A stretch of 64,000 nucleotides of DNA from Eledone cirrhosa (GCA_964016885.1 OZ024745.1:73904001-73968000); one strand, 5' to 3'; positions 1 to 13,889 are shown, numbered from the stretch's first letter. The notes: a model not told the origin generated them from the letters alone. Translations and numbers: made by a program.

Positions 1-89
1 TTTATATTTTTTACAATGAAATACTAAACAAATGACGTCTCTTTATTTCATTTTGTACACATACCATCTTACTATTAACTGCGAGGATC

Positions 90-600
90 GTTAACGTAAT
101 GTGATATTATACATTATCAGCACTGATTTATAACAAAACTCTCCCACTGATAGAAAGAGGACAGGTGATGGATAAACATCCAGAATAACGTGCCTGGCAT
201 TCCTACTGGCTATTGAGATAGCTGTGAAAGGATCACTGCTTAAAATATTCAAAGATAAGTTCTCATATACACCCCTAATATGAACCATGAATTTGGAGGT
301 CTTTAGACTTTGAAGCAAAGCACCTGATGTTAAAAAGCTTTCATGAGTAGCAATACCTGATGAAGAATCTTTATTAGAATCCTTAAATACACCAATTAGA
401 ACCACAAAGAAAAGGAGTCGCGAGATCACCCTGGTTAAAATAATGTTTTTATAACTTTGACTGGCTCTGAAATGATACCTCCAATATTTACCCAAGTTTA
501 CATGTCACGCACGAAAAGCTTTCAGTATGGTAACAATGTATTCCGGGCACCCTAAATTGTTAGAGATCTTCAACTTTTGGTAAATTCCACAAAACCTGCT
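90..600 (-). pseudogene. Highly decayed non-LTR (RTE-like) reverse transcriptase fragment
   Basis: Minus-strand translations give LGCPEYIVTILKAF and HIRGVYEN...SPVLFL, resembling RT segments LGCP..F...IRSFH and GVRQGC.LSP.LF. Frameshifted. Confidence 0.4.
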
Positions 601-874
601 ATAGGTTCAGTTCTTCATTCATAACTTTTTTTTTGTTTTGATTTTTGGATTTGACGTGTTGTAAAGATCATATCAATAGTGTCTCTACTGGAGCGGAAAC
701 CTCATTGTGATTCTATGAGAAATCATGCATGAACTAGTTCTAGAAATACAGCGAGAAGGTGAAATGCGGGAATTATAAAACAATAGCTTTTCCCCGTGCT
801 GCAGGGAAAATTCTTGCATTATTCCTGCTTTCAAGACTAAATGATAATATATCAAATCTGATCTTATCAAAATG

Positions 875-1010
875 ATACATACACGCAACACATACACACA
901 CATATTCACACACTCACAAACACACACACATACATACACATACAAACACACACGCACACACAAATACACAAATATTAACCCCCCCACATACAAACACACA
1001 CACACACATG

Positions 1011-1041
<31 letters not shown>

Positions 1042-1075
1042 GTGTGTGTGTGTGTGTGTGTGCACGCGCGCGTGT
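875..1075. repeat. Compound (CA)n/(TA)n/(TG)n microsatellite
   Basis: Visible directly. Confidence 0.95.
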
Positions 1076-1674
1076 GAGGGAATAATGAATAAGACGAACA
1101 TGCATCGGAGGACTGTCCTGCATTGTATACATACAAATAGATATCGATGTCTTAATATTGCGAGTGGGGAAAAAACCGAAACTATCCTCACAATTTCAAG
1201 TCCAAAAGCCCCTTTATGGGTGTTTGGCCATGAAAACAGGCAAGGGAGATAACTCCGAGAATTTGGTTGATCAAAGCCTTTTGGAACACTTTAAGACGAT
1301 GCAGTGGAAGTGAACCTTATCTATAAGCCAACTTAGAAAGAGCAACTGTTATGTTTCAATCTCAGATATTCTCAGCGAAGCATATTAAGTGTGCACGTTA
1401 GCATGACTGAAAATAGTTAGAGTTAGATATATGAAAGGAGAAAGGAATAATGTGCCTATTACACATTTAGATAAAGAGTAGTATGCTCTGCATAAAGAGA
1501 ACCTCTGTGTGTGTGTAACTCATATATAATCCAAAGGTGTTATTACACGATTTATTTCATTACGAATTTACATTCACACCATGTGATGAAATATTGATGA
1601 ATGTAGGCTCCAAGCATTGCTATGAAACGAAACATGTAAAATATCCTGTTTTGGACGGTGATATGAAACGGCAA

Positions 1675-1950
1675 GACGCGATTCACCTAATACCCCCAAT
1701 TACGCGAATCATATAATACCCTAATTACGCGAATCACCTAATACCCAGAACTACGCGGATACTAAATACCTCCAAGTACGCGAATCAACTAATATCCCCA
1801 TTTACACGAGCCAGCTAATACTCTCAATTACGCGAATCTCCTAATACTTCCAATTACGCGAATCACCTAATACCCTAATTACGCGAATCTCCTGATGCCC
1901 AATTACGCGAATCACCTAATACCCCGATTACGTGAATCACCTAATATCCT
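1675..1950 (+). repeat. Degenerate ~24-25 bp minisatellite (AATTACGCGAATCACCTAATACCC), about 11 copies
   Basis: Recurring ACGCGAATCACCTAATA core. Confidence 0.9.
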
Positions 1951-2489
1951 CGATAACCTTTCCTCTCATCTCCCAATTTATATACAGTGCCGATAGTATT
2001 TTACTACATATATATAAGCGTACTCTGGAGAAGTCGGTGGTTGATAAATAGAAAAGAACCACAATAATAAGTTGACGTGTAACTTAGTTCTATTATAAAT
2101 GTATTATAGTTACTTTGTTTTCTATCACTATATCAGATGTATGTAGTTTGCTATAATTTTACTATCATCATTTTGTTTTAAATATTAACTTTATTGCTAG
2201 CCGTCTTTTATCATTTGTTGTGTTGTATTCATTGTAATTGAGTAATTGAGACACTGTATGTAGTCTTAGAAACAGTTGAGGGAAGTCTCAGCGTTGATCT
2301 CATTCGGCGAATTGAACCCACTTTCATATATTACATAAATGTAATTCATTGAAATCATTTTGAAAATTTCCCCAGTTCCCTTTTCCTCAATCTCTCTCTG
2401 TCTATATCTGTACACATACAAATATGGATGTACCTTCATGGCCGACGGCATATCACAACGATTGCATAACTGTACCAATGATTGCGAAA

Positions 2490-2523
2490 GCATCTGATGA
2501 AGTAACAGAAATATATATAATGC
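2490..2523 (+). ncRNA. Minimal type I hammerhead-like motif with rudimentary stem II
   Basis: GCAT-CTGATGA-AGTAACA-GAAA-TATATA-TA-ATGC followed by AATAAA. Stem I is GCAT/ATGC, stem III is palindromic, stem II is unpaired. Confidence 0.5.
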
Positions 2524-2702
2524 AATAAACAATTATGGCGATTTAATCCCATCTTAACTACCAGTATTTGATAAATGTATACTCTGTCACTTAATATCAC
2601 CTGCCTGGGATAAACTACTGACGTGTAGTGCTTTGGTTTGCTTATCATCAGAAGTTACTGCGTAACAACTAAAATAAACAACACTCTTGTATATATATAT
2701 AT

Positions 2703-3087
2703 AAACGGAAAAAATGAAACGAAATTTCATTTCCCACTCTTGGTACGGCTGTTACTTAAATATAAGTATGTACACGTACATACATATATGTATACAGACG
2801 TACAGTAGTATGTATATATATATACATACATGCACACATATATATATGTACGTATGGATTCACCGAACATTTATTATAATGCTCGGTGTGTTTGTAACCA
2901 AACATCCCGTATTAAGCCGTAGTGTCCAGAAACCATCGTTGCTCGTTTGTTCAACACTGACAAAGGAACGCTGTACTAGTTTCAAGCTTATTAGCTATCG
3001 TTAATATGCATAAGGTAAGTATATACGTTCAACAATCTAGCAGGACGGTATACGTTGCTGACGATAGCTAATAAGCTTGAAACTAGT
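2703..3087. mobile_element. Non-coding PLE pLTR-type element, family C (ACTAGT hammerhead), inverted arrangement
   Basis: 2703-3002 is the reverse complement of the 34660-35000 type sequence. 3011-3087 matches 34601-34685 and ends at GAAACTAGT. Confidence 0.75.
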
Positions 3088-3089
3088 TG

Positions 3090-3700
3090 GCATTTTGGCA
3101 TGTTGGTGGAATACAGATGGGCTCTTCCCATCTTGGAGTTTTCCCCAGTGTTCATTTATTCTTTCTCCTATGCTACGGACTATCTCACCTATGTAAGTTG
3201 TGTTCTTATCCCTACACTGTCTCCCAGTTTATCTTATGCTAATACCACATTCCTAATTTTACAGGCAGTTTGTGGGCTTAATTTGCAGGCTATGCATTTC
3301 CTATCAGTGCAGGGTTGTTTTAATAAGTATATCTTCTACTAATTAAGGCTTTATGGGGATACCTTGTCTTTCAACTATTTTAATATTTCATTTTAGTTTG
3401 TCTTGTGCCCTTCTAAATCTGTAAGCTAGTTCACCTGAGGAGAGCAACTACTGAGATGTAAACATTTCATTTTTAGAATTAAGATATTGATATGATGATT
3501 TCAGATCATGTATAGTTCTGAAATTTTCACTGGTACATAAAGCATTCTTCTTTGAACCGTTGATGTATAGACTGGAGCTTTCCAGAATTTTCCATTTTAT
3601 TGTATGGGGAATACCACTGACTTTCAATTGCCAGACCTGTTTTTCAAGAGCTTTAGGTGTTTTCCGCTCAGGATGTTTTGTCCTTTAGGATTCACATACT
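3090..3700 (-). pseudogene. Decayed PLE GIY-YIG endonuclease fragments (two pieces)
   Basis: Minus strand gives PCTDRKCIAC, CKIRNVV and TYIGEIVRSIGERINEH (3100-3330), plus IPHTIKWKILE and YINGSKKNALCTSE (3500-3620). Confidence 0.65.
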
Positions 3701-4389
3701 GAGTTTATATATTTCTTGTAAGCATAGACAATGCAAAATTGCATTGTTCATCTAAAATATTACAGTGACCCGCCATTTCTGTTTGGAACATCAAATTATT
3801 TGTTTTCAAGTTGAACCAAAGCAAATCTCTTAAATGTTAAATAAAGTGAATTAGTTTCATTTGAGTACATAGCATGCATTTCCGTTGCATAATACTTGCT
3901 CCCAGAAAGTGCCATTAGAAAATGTAATTTGAATGCACCCCACTGGCTAAAAATTCTTTCCACGCAGTTACTGCTCGCTAATTACCTTGTAGCTGAAAGT
4001 GAAATCATTTTCAATGGTTCCTCACCGTGGTTGATTAATTCATATAATTCTATGTAAGATTCATTTTTCAGCGCTGAATTGGGGATACAGCTTTAAGCTT
4101 CTCTTAACAAACAGTCAGGGCTAGTAGGAAATAACTTAGCAACATGGGTACAAGTCAAATAGAGAGTGTAGCAAATGCATTTTATCGGAATCAAGTTTAC
4201 GTAGATTATCTTATTACATTAACCTGAAAAGAGAATTATTAATGACGCAAAGTTTGGAGTTACAGTCTGTTGCAACAGCAAAACATTAGGATGGTGTATT
4301 GGCAGTATCAGTAGAGCGTCGAATAACATGATTTGCGACATATAGTTCCGGCACTTTACGCTTTGAATCCAAATCCCGTTGGGAGAGGA

Positions 4390-5860
4390 AAATCCATGTC
4401 GTTTAACAGCGTCCTCGAACGCTAGACGGATGGACCGGTAAAGTTACCCAGGGCCTATTTTGATCCAGACCTTCAGGTGGATAAGAACTGGGACGAAGTA
4501 ACGTCCAGGCTGGCCACTCACACCCAGAATGGGCTGAGAGGAAGCTATCCTTGAAAGTTAGGGTTGAGGTGGTGAACTCTATTACCACCTGACTGACTTA
4601 TCTTGCCCCCGCGTCCGCCTCATCAAATTGGAGCGTCTGCTCTTCAACTTTTTGTGGAAGGGACAGGTTCCACTGGTGAGGCGGTCCATCTACTGGCAAT
4701 GCCCTCTATGCGGAGGGATATGCATGCCGTTGATGAGGATGTGCAAACATTCGCTGAGGCTACATCTCCAGGTATTCCTAAACGATGAACAGGTGTGCTC
4801 ATGATTTGCGATACACGTCTTTCCGCAACTTGTTTCTTTGACTGAGGTGCAGTCGTGGGTCTAGTGTAGACCAAGACTGTATACCTGGCATCTGGAATGT
4901 TGTCAGGTGCTCACAACTCTGTACCAGGCTTGTAATACAGTCAGTGAAAATTCCAATCCAGCTTTTTGTTGAGGACTATTGGTAGGCAAGTGCGACCACG
5001 TTCTCGGTGGAATTCTGGGCGTCGACGAAATCGAACTAATCAGTCTGTCCAGGGAGACCTTCGATCCGGAGACTATGGACAATTCCCAGAAATCTCGAGC
5101 TTGACAGTGCTACCGGGGAGCACTGCCTGATCGAGATAAACTCTATAGGCACGGAAGTACGATCAGACGGACCTGCTCGATGTGCGCGCAGAGCAATGAA
5201 GCCATTCTGCACGCACTCAGTCATCTGGTGTCCGAGCATTCCGGATTTATGGAGTTTTGTCGAACAACTATTATCGCTTGTATGACGGATCCGGCTATCG
5301 ACAGACTCCATTTAGAAAATCGTTCCACCGCCTTCTTTTGGCCGGGAAGAGCAGGCATTTTCCCTCTGTCTGGTGCGTGGAAGCTGCTGAAAGAGGTTAT
5401 GTGGTGGAAGCTGCCGAAAGGACAAGACAGAGACTTTCCTCTTCGGCCAATCCGTCTTCCCCATTTTCAAGTCCTACTTAGAAAGCAAGGTGAAGGTGGA
5501 GAAGGAAGTGCTGCTCCCAGTACATTTGTTAAAAGGTAGGTGAATTTTGTGAGAATGGCCCGTATCGATCGACGTACACTGGCCATGCACATGTAGGCTG
5601 GAGAGTTTCGGAAAGAGAGGGACACCTTCATATGGTGCTCTTGGAGATTAGGGTGGTTTAGCCTCTGTGGGGTTCCTACGTTACACCTGGGTGGTTCTCT
5701 CCACTATTGGGAAAATGTTATTGTTATTGTTATTCATTTATTGTTTATTGTTTTATTTGTTTGCATGCTTTCAATATTTTTTTAATCCCCACTGTCCCTA
5801 TCTTTTGTCATACATGTCTCGGCCCTTGTGGTCGATAAAGAAAATATTATTTATTTATTT
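4390..5860 (+). mobile_element. Decayed Tx1/L1-clade LINE, 3' part of ORF2 and 3' UTR
   Basis: QCYRGALPDRDKLYRHG..C.RCAQSNEAILHAL (zf-RVT-like) and KVEKEVLLPSTFVKR. The 3' end CCCTTGTGGTCGATAAAGAAA matches the 16.8-18 kb cluster. Confidence 0.75.
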
Positions 5861-6914
5861 ATATTGTTCAGATTTCAACCAGGTGGCTGTTGCAAACAAT
5901 ATTCACTTTATTACACCAAAGAGACTCCATCTGCTTGCTCAACATACTACGAGCAAAATATCTGAACCACACCATAACACTTTAAAGAGGGACACATAAA
6001 AAAGAATAAGATCATCTCACTACCATTTTGTAAATGTTAGAAAATATTAACTATTTTTATAACTACCAAAATATTTTGATCTAAAAATTGATTTTAAACA
6101 ATATTGAAATTTTATGTTGAAATTGTGGAGGAAATGTATATAAATATTAATGAACACTTGGAATGATTGTTTGAAGAATATATTCAGAATATGTACTAAA
6201 ACTGGTAGCGCCATAGCAGCTATTGTATTATGCAATCAGAAACGATAAGTAATGCAATAAATTTCAGTCAGAAGTAACATTTTGTTGGATTTCACGTTGC
6301 TGGCTATCATGAATTTATGCATTGCTTTTATAAACTGCATGAGTAAAATTTACTTCCTTGATTCATTTTCTTTTTGTTCATGATAGTGGACTTGTAGTAC
6401 AATTTAAATACAAGTGTTTAAGAAAGTGGCAAAGCAAATTGCATTTAACTTCTTTATAAATTTTACTGATTGGCCCAAAATATCATTAATATAAACTTAC
6501 AAATAAAATAAAAATCTAGTGGACTGTAGACACCATTTTTTTAATTGCTATAAACACACCAGTAGGCGAAATAAAAAAAAAAAATAGCTGCGTGCAGTCC
6601 GGAGCAGTAGCGTAACCCGCAATTTGTAGCCCAATATGTCAACCCGGGAGAAGGCAGAAAGGTTGGAAGAAAGAGAGATTGATAGATAATTTTAGCAGCC
6701 ACTCTCTAGCACTAACACACTATCTTGTCCATTATCTTTCCAAATTTCTCATTCACTCATAATTTGTCCCCCTCTTTCACTTCTTTCCTTTCTTTTCTTT
6801 CCTTTTCAAGACTTTTACCACGCCTCCTCCCAATTTTTACACCACTCATATTCTTCTAACTAAATTATCTCCTTCCTTCACGCCTCTCCACAGCTTTCTG
6901 TCATTCCCTTACTC

Positions 6915-6960
<46 letters not shown>

Positions 6961-7869
6961 TCACTCTCTCTCTCTCTCTCTCTACCACTACGAGTTCGTT
7001 ATTTTCTCTTCCTCTAGCTTCACCTCTTCTACCACCCACTCCATACACAACTAAACTCTATTGGTTATTATTTTCCTTTTAAACATTATACATCAATATA
7101 TCAAGACGAACTTTATCTTATATGTATAAAATACACAATATATGCAGCTATGTAATATGTGAGCAAGCATAGGTGTATAAGCTATTACATTTAGTATGTG
7201 TACCTGTATATGTGTATGTGTGTGTGATTGATACGAACATTACAGCAATTATTTGACACACTGCTTTTACTACAATTCTCACAAATAAATCTATCTTACT
7301 AACATCGAAGCTAAACCAATTTCTAACCAGTGTCATCGGTATCAGCATCAGCACCAGTATCGCTGTTACCATTATCAATCACATCACTTGTAGCAGAGAA
7401 GTGAATGCGATAGTATTGCTAAAAGGTGAACGACCACAGGCATTACATAATAAGACAAAACGAAGAAAATCGAGCAGATATTAACATTGAAAATTGTTAT
7501 TATTGTTGTTGATGTTGCTTAGGTCCATGTCAATTTTCAGCTAGTAGCTATAGTAGCCATAACCATTCCGTCTTTTAAGGGTATCTAATACTACATTATT
7601 GAATGTGTTAAGTCTCAATTAATGCGTATAGGTGATGGTAGTTAGGGCATAACGATAGGAGGATATATAAGTGATGTTAGCGAGGTTGTAGTGGTAGGAA
7701 GACGAATAGGAATAGTGTTAGGTAATTTAGGTGATGGAGGCGAGGGCTTTTCCTTTATGCTGATCTAGCAACCTGTTACTATGGATCACCCTCAATAAAC
7801 TTTTATATTTTGCCATTCGTCTACATCTAACTTCCTTAGGGCTCATCAGATTACAGAGCAGAGGAACCC

Positions 7870-8500
7870 TGTCAAGTGATTTCTCTAGGCCCACAGACGT
7901 TAGATACTTAGGCTTATTCTTAGCAGACCTGTCAATTCTCCCTGTTCAATGGGAAGATCTCCCACCCATTTATTTACTTCGTTCAACAATCTCTCGTAAT
8001 AAATATTCCATGCATCCATCTTTTCAGTATATGTGAAGGCAAGTGCACCACTATCATTTCGAACACAATTTCCCACAAGAATATCTTGATTCTTTTTTAG
8101 CACACAGTCTTGCAACTCGGAACCTCCCACGCATTATAGTCAGAAATGGGCCATGACTGCAGAAGACATGTGAAAGCAAGAAAAAAAAATACTCCGGTGG
8201 ATGTGCAATATCAGTGTACACAATTGACGTAACATAAGTGAGCTGAGAGATAAACTCCGTATTAGAGGAATCCGATTTAATGATAAGAGTGTATTGGTAC
8301 GTGCATGTGATGTGTACCGGAGATGATAGCTTTATAAAGAATTGCAGAGAAAACTCAGTGGATGGAGCCTATAGAAACGGTTGACTTGGGAAGATGTGGT
8401 ATAAAGTGACAAAAACCAACCTTAGGACGCTGAACCTCACGATGGAGATGACAAAGGACTGTGAGAATTGATGACATACGGTACTGGAGAAGACTCACTT
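7870..8500. mobile_element. RTE-clade LINE fragments in opposite orientations (minus 7870-8130, plus 8130-8500)
   Basis: Minus: CVRNDSGALAFTYTEKMDAWNIYYERLLNE. Plus: LRWMCNISVH..ISELRDKLRIRGI..WYVHVM and LRTLNLTMEMTKD. Confidence 0.7.
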
Positions 8501-9419
8501 AGCGGTATAAAAACAAAGCGTCCCTTTATATCCTTCAAATTCCATATCCCCCACCATTGCTTTTAATAACTATTCTCATCATGAGAGTACCCACTCACTC
8601 TATTCGAGATCACTTCCACCCCTTTTCTTATTGTTAAATCCCTCCACACTTATAGCCCTTTAATAACTGCTTTCCTTATCATCCCACCCTTCTTAGGTGC
8701 TAAATCACACCACACTTGCCTTACAACAGTGACGACATAATTACTTATTTCTTTCCTTACTCACATTACCCATGATATTACTTTTGTCATTCTCGTGTAT
8801 CCTTCTACCTATTGCCACACAACTAGGACATACTTATCAGCCTTCGTATCTCCCCGTCCCCTTCTCAATACATATGTACGTCCAGCTTGAGAAAAGCCAT
8901 CATAACCCCCATCCTTCATCCGTAGAGTTGAGAGAACTCTTCAGTAACGTCACCGATATGACAACCTCTCTAGTGCTGGTTTCATGAAAAACGCACTCAG
9001 GAGACTTTATAAATGGATTGATATTTATAATAGCATACAGCCGTAGAAAACACCCCAGGCATAGCCAAGAAGACTTTTCAGTTGTTTCAAGAACATAACA
9101 ACTCTCTATTACTTGTTTCACGATCAAACACATCCAGTACAGTCTATTATGGGCTGGAACCTATGTAAGCAAAATGCTGGTCCCTGGCTCGACTGAACTG
9201 TCAGTAGTTCTGTTTAAATTCTGACCTATTCCGAGATGACCCATCCACCTATACCAGCGTGGAAGAATGGATGTTAAATGATGATGAAATCCTAAAGAAA
9301 TAGAATGCTACCGGTGCTTAAAACTGCTTGTCTACTAGCTTCATCAGGCTGTCACCTCTTGGCTCGGTGGCTTACTAACAGATCACATTATCGTGTAGTT
9401 TGCTGATAGTGTTCATTTT

Positions 9420-9870
9420 GACTCACACTCAGTCAACTTTGTTGTGCCCCAGTGTTCGATTTTGTCGCTCACACTTTTCCTTCTATACACCAATAAACGA
9501 GTAGCCATCACATCCAACAATACCCAATCCTACACATGATATTACTCTTCATTCTTCCATAACCTTCCCCACCCTAACGCCATCAACATTATCTCGACAC
9601 CTCATGCCAAGCCTGTACTAATTCTAAGAACAATGACCTCGAAAACATCCTTCAATGGAATCATGTCATTCTCCTCTCTTTCAATAACAAAAAACAAAAG
9701 TAGTGACCATTTCAAGAAAACATTGCACCTCACCCTCCTTAAGCATACTATACTCTCTAACTTGTGGGCCTCGGAACTACTGAAGATTTTTCCTATCGAG
9801 CGCACATCCTTAGCAAAGTTGGAACCATATCTCAAAGGCTGCCCATTTTCTGTAGGTCCAGGAATATTTC
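9420..9870 (+). pseudogene. L2/CR1-like RT fragment
   Basis: VPQCSILSLTLFLLYTN resembles the GVPQGS.LSP.LFLLYIN motif. Downstream sequence is degraded. Confidence 0.5.
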
Positions 9871-9988
9871 AACCCTCAACAGTTAACGAACTTCAACAAA
9901 GGTAAAGTGAGAATACTTCTTCCACATCTAGGACGGTACTGGCGTTGCTCACAGTGATGTCCTAGACTGTACACACACACACACACAA

Positions 9989-10115
<127 letters not shown>

Positions 10116-10246
10116 GAGTTTATATTTAATTTGTTGGGATTCAACAAGCTTAAACATTTTTATAACTGATATAAAGCACTTAACAGGTTAGTGGAGTAAA
10201 TACACAATATATTAATAAATGGAAACTATATTTATAAAACCATATT

Positions 10247-10312
10247 TATTTTATTATACGTATTTCAAGGGCAACCAAGGCAAATTATGGTGCGCTTTCA
10301 TCAGATAAAATA
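10247..10312 (-). ncRNA. Type I hammerhead ribozyme, family D
   Basis: TATTTTAT-CTGATGA-AAGCGCACCA..TGGTTGCCCTT-GAAA-TACGTA-TA-ATAAAATA, with an 8-bp stem I. Confidence 0.8.
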
Positions 10313-10399
10313 CAGATTTGTTTTATAAATAAATATTGACATACCCGTTAAGGTTGTCTTTTTCCGGGTATGTCAATATTTATTTATAAAACAAATCAG

Positions 10400-10465
10400 T
10401 ATTTTATCTGATGAAAGCGCACCATAATTTGCCTTGGTTGCCCTTGAAATATATATAATAAAATA
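10400..10465 (+). ncRNA. Type I hammerhead ribozyme, family D
   Basis: Same fold as 10247-10312, with stem III ATATATAT. Confidence 0.8.
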
Positions 10466-10503
10466 AATATTGTTTTATAAATATAGTTTCCATTTATTAA
10501 TAT

Positions 10504-10550
<47 letters not shown>

Positions 10551-10552
<2 letters not shown>

Positions 10553-10743
10553 CGAAGGAAATGTGGTAAGGAACCAGGTGGACCATAACGCACCAAAGTA
10601 CTCAATACTTGAGGTAGTAGAGTGGGTAATAGGAACCAGTAAGACCCCGACAGCTGAGCTCAAGCCGTTTCGACGGCTAATTCTGGACTGAATTAGCCGT
10701 CGAAACGGCTTGAGCTCAGCTGTCGGGGTCTTACTGGTTCCTA
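10551..10743. mobile_element. Asymmetric palindromic insertion, family F, within (TA)n
   Basis: About 55-bp arms around 10683-10690 with a GCCGT-CGAA-ACGGC hairpin. A related non-inverted copy lies at 40896-41035. Confidence 0.7.
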
Positions 10744-10812
10744 TATATATATATATATATATATATAGTGACGAAACATAAGTCAATTGCATGAACTCAT
10801 AATCCTTTATTT

Positions 10813-10868
10813 ACTGCTGTATATATTTCGATGATAACCATTGAATGGCTATGACCTCATCAGGCAGT
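10813..10868 (-). ncRNA. Hammerhead motif related to family A (U16.1 changed to C, probably inactive)
   Basis: ACTGC-CTGATGA-GGTCATAGCCA..TGGTTATCATC-GAAA-TATATA-CA-GCAGT. Confidence 0.7.
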
Positions 10869-10931
10869 TAGTCAGTTCTTAGATATGCCAGCTCTGTGTT
10901 TATAGTGTTGGTGGTATCAGAACCTTGGGAC

Positions 10932-10964
<33 letters not shown>

Positions 10965-11178
10965 AGATTAAGGATGGTATCCCGAAAGGGATCAGCAAGT
11001 AACAACAGTAAGGTAAGGCACGCAATACAATAGTAGAGAATAAACATATTTATTATATAGACATAGGCTTTATATAACCGTGTGATACTGAAGTACTCAG
11101 TACCAAAGTAGAGTTTAAATATTCTCTATTTTGGTTAATGAGGAGTTTTGTTACTCTGAAGTTTCACTTGTATGTGCA

Positions 11179-11234
<56 letters not shown>

Positions 11235-11551
11235 TGTGTGTGTGTATGTGTCTATGTGAGTTTTGTGTGTCTTGTTGGGTTTTTGTCTGTTTGTGTGTCT
11301 ATATGTGTGTCTACGTGTGCTTGTGTGTGTGTGTATGTGTGTGTGTACGTGACTGTTAGTGTGTATGTATGTGTGTAAGAGAGATAGTTGGCAAAATAGA
11401 ATTATAAGACATCTAAGAAAGGCTTTCACTCTACCCCCACCCCACACTAGTTGCTTCAATTCTTGTCAAAGAGCAAGCTATGCAATTTTATGCAAGTTGC
11501 ATAAATAGCCTTCATTGACTTCATTGACTTACCACGTTGACTTTCTAGTGC

Positions 11552-11635
<84 letters not shown>

Positions 11636-11640
11636 GTATA

Positions 11641-12260
11641 TACGAGGTGTGTCAAAAAAGTTCCAGGGCTGATGTCACAAAAGATTTATTTCAAACCCCA
11701 ACTTCATACTAAGCGTTTTCTCCTTCAAAGCAATCCCCCTGGAGTATAATGCACTTTTCCATCCTTTTCTGCCACGCTTGCATGCACTCCTGGAACGATT
11801 CTTCCGGGATCCTCCGCAGTTCCGTCGTCGCGGCCTTTTTTATGTCGTCCACGTCGTCAAAACGGGTCCCCTCCGTGTCGTACTCGAAGATCCATGACTC
11901 ATCACTGTCCCTAGCAAGTCTGGTTCGGTTTCAAGACGCTCGGGGATGTCCTAGCACACTTGCACATGCGTCGACCCTTCTGGTCATCGTTCAGCAGTTT
12001 TGGGACCATCTTCGCGCAGACATTCCGCATGTCCAAATCTTCAGTGAGAATCTTCCATACGCTGTCTCGATTCATGCCCAGCCCATTTGCCATCAGTCGA
12101 ACAGCCAGCCGACGATCGCTACGCACCATCATCTGCCTGACGCGCTCAACGTTGATCTCAGTCCTGGTTGTTGAATGCCTTCCGCTCCTGGGGTCATCTT
12201 GCACCACTCAAAAACACGTGAGCGTGACATCGTCTCATCTCCATACACTTGCTGCAACAA
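11641..12260 (-). mobile_element. Internally deleted mariner transposon
   Basis: TA plus a TIR-like end TACGAGGTGTGTCAAAAAAGTTCC. Translations: VYGDETMSRSRVFEWCK, DDPRSGR, AKMVPKLL, DESWIFEYD, and C-terminal WQKRMEKCIILQGDCFEG. The catalytic middle is missing. Confidence 0.9.
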
Positions 12261-12331
12261 TCCCAGATTTAAGTATAATGTAAAAGAAACGAAAATCTAG
12301 ATAGATGTAACAGTTTGTCCTGAACCAGAGA

Positions 12332-13740
12332 ACCTATGATCGAACCAGTTAAACCATGTGAGCAGCCCACCTATGTTCGAACCAGTTAAACCATGTGAGC
12401 AGCCCACCTATGTTCGAACCAGTTAAACCATGTGAGCAGCCCACCTATGATCGAACCAGTTAAACCATGTGAGCAGCCCACCTATGATCGAACCAGTTAG
12501 ACCATGTGAGCAGCCCACCTATGATCGAACCAGTTAAACCATGTGAGCAGCCCACCTATGTTCGAACCAGTTAAACCATGTGAGCAGCCCACCTATGTTC
12601 GAACCAGTTAAACCATGTGAGCAGCCCACCTATGATCGAACCAGTTAAACCATGTGAGCAGCCCACCTATGATCGAACCAGTTAAACCATGTGAGCAGCC
12701 CACCTATGATCGAACCAGTTAAACCATGTGAGCAGCCCACCTATGTTCGAACCAGTTAAACCATGTGAGCAGCCCACCTATGTTCGAACCAGTTAAACCA
12801 TGTGAGCAGCCCACCTATGATCGAACCAGTTAAACCATGTGAGCAGCCCACCTATGTTCGAACCAGTTAAACCATGTGAGCAGCCCACCTATGTTCGAAC
12901 CAGTTAAACCATGTGAGCAGCCCACCTATGTTCGAACCAGTTAAACCATGTGAGCAGCCCACCTATGTTCGAACCAGTTAAACCATGTGAGCAGCCCACC
13001 TATGTTCGAACCAGTTAAACCATGTGAGCAGCCCACCTATGTTCGAACCAGTTAAACCATGTGAGCAGCCCACCTATGTTCGAACCAGTTAAACCATGTG
13101 AGCAGCCCACCTATGTTCGAACCAGTTAAACCATGTGAGCAGCCCACCTATGTTCGAACCAGTTAAACCATGTGAGCAGCCCACCTATGATCGAACCAGT
13201 TAGATCATGTGAGCAGCCCACCTATGTTCGAACCAGTTAAACCATGTGAGCAGCCCACCTATGTTCGAACCAGTTAGATCATGTGAGCAGCCCACCTATG
13301 ATCGAACCAGTTAAACCATGTGAGCAGCCCACCTATGTTCGAACCAGTTAAACCATGTGAGCAGCCCACCTATGATCGAACCAGTTAAACCATGTGAGCA
13401 GCCCACCTATGTTCGAACCAGTTAAACCATGTGAGCAGCCCACCTATGTTCGAACCAGTTAGATCATGTGAGCAGCCCACCTATGATCGAACCAGTTAAA
13501 CCATGTGAGCAGCCCACCTATGATCGAACCAGTTAAACCATGTGAGCAGCACACCTATGTTCGAACCAGTTAAACCATGTGAGCAGCCCACCTATGATCG
13601 AACCAGTTAAACCATGTGAGCAGCCCACCTATGATCGAACCAGTTAAACCATGTGAGCAGCCCACCTATGATCGAACCAGTTAGATCATGTGAGCAGCCC
13701 ACCTATGTTCGAACCAGTTAAACCATGTAAGCAGCCCGCC
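12332..13740 (+). repeat. Homogeneous 37-bp minisatellite, about 38 copies (CACCTATGWTCGAACCAGTTAAACCATGTGAGCAGCC)
   Basis: Contiguous units with no spacers. Variants are A/T at position 9 and AAACC/AGATC. Confidence 0.97.
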
Positions 13741-13767
13741 TTTTTTCGTTAACATTTTAAATCATCT

Positions 13768-13889
<122 letters not shown>

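Noticed and set aside
2600-2660. Isolated CTGATGA on the minus strand (also at 357 and 27470)
   Set aside because: No matching GAAA, stem III and stem I could be found.
9300-9355. Minus-strand CTGATGA...CCGGTA hammerhead candidate
   Set aside because: GAAA is absent and stem I is weak; at best a dead relic.
12332-13740. CRISPR array (37-bp repeat length)
   Set aside because: Units are contiguous with no unique spacers, there are no cas genes, and the context is eukaryotic.
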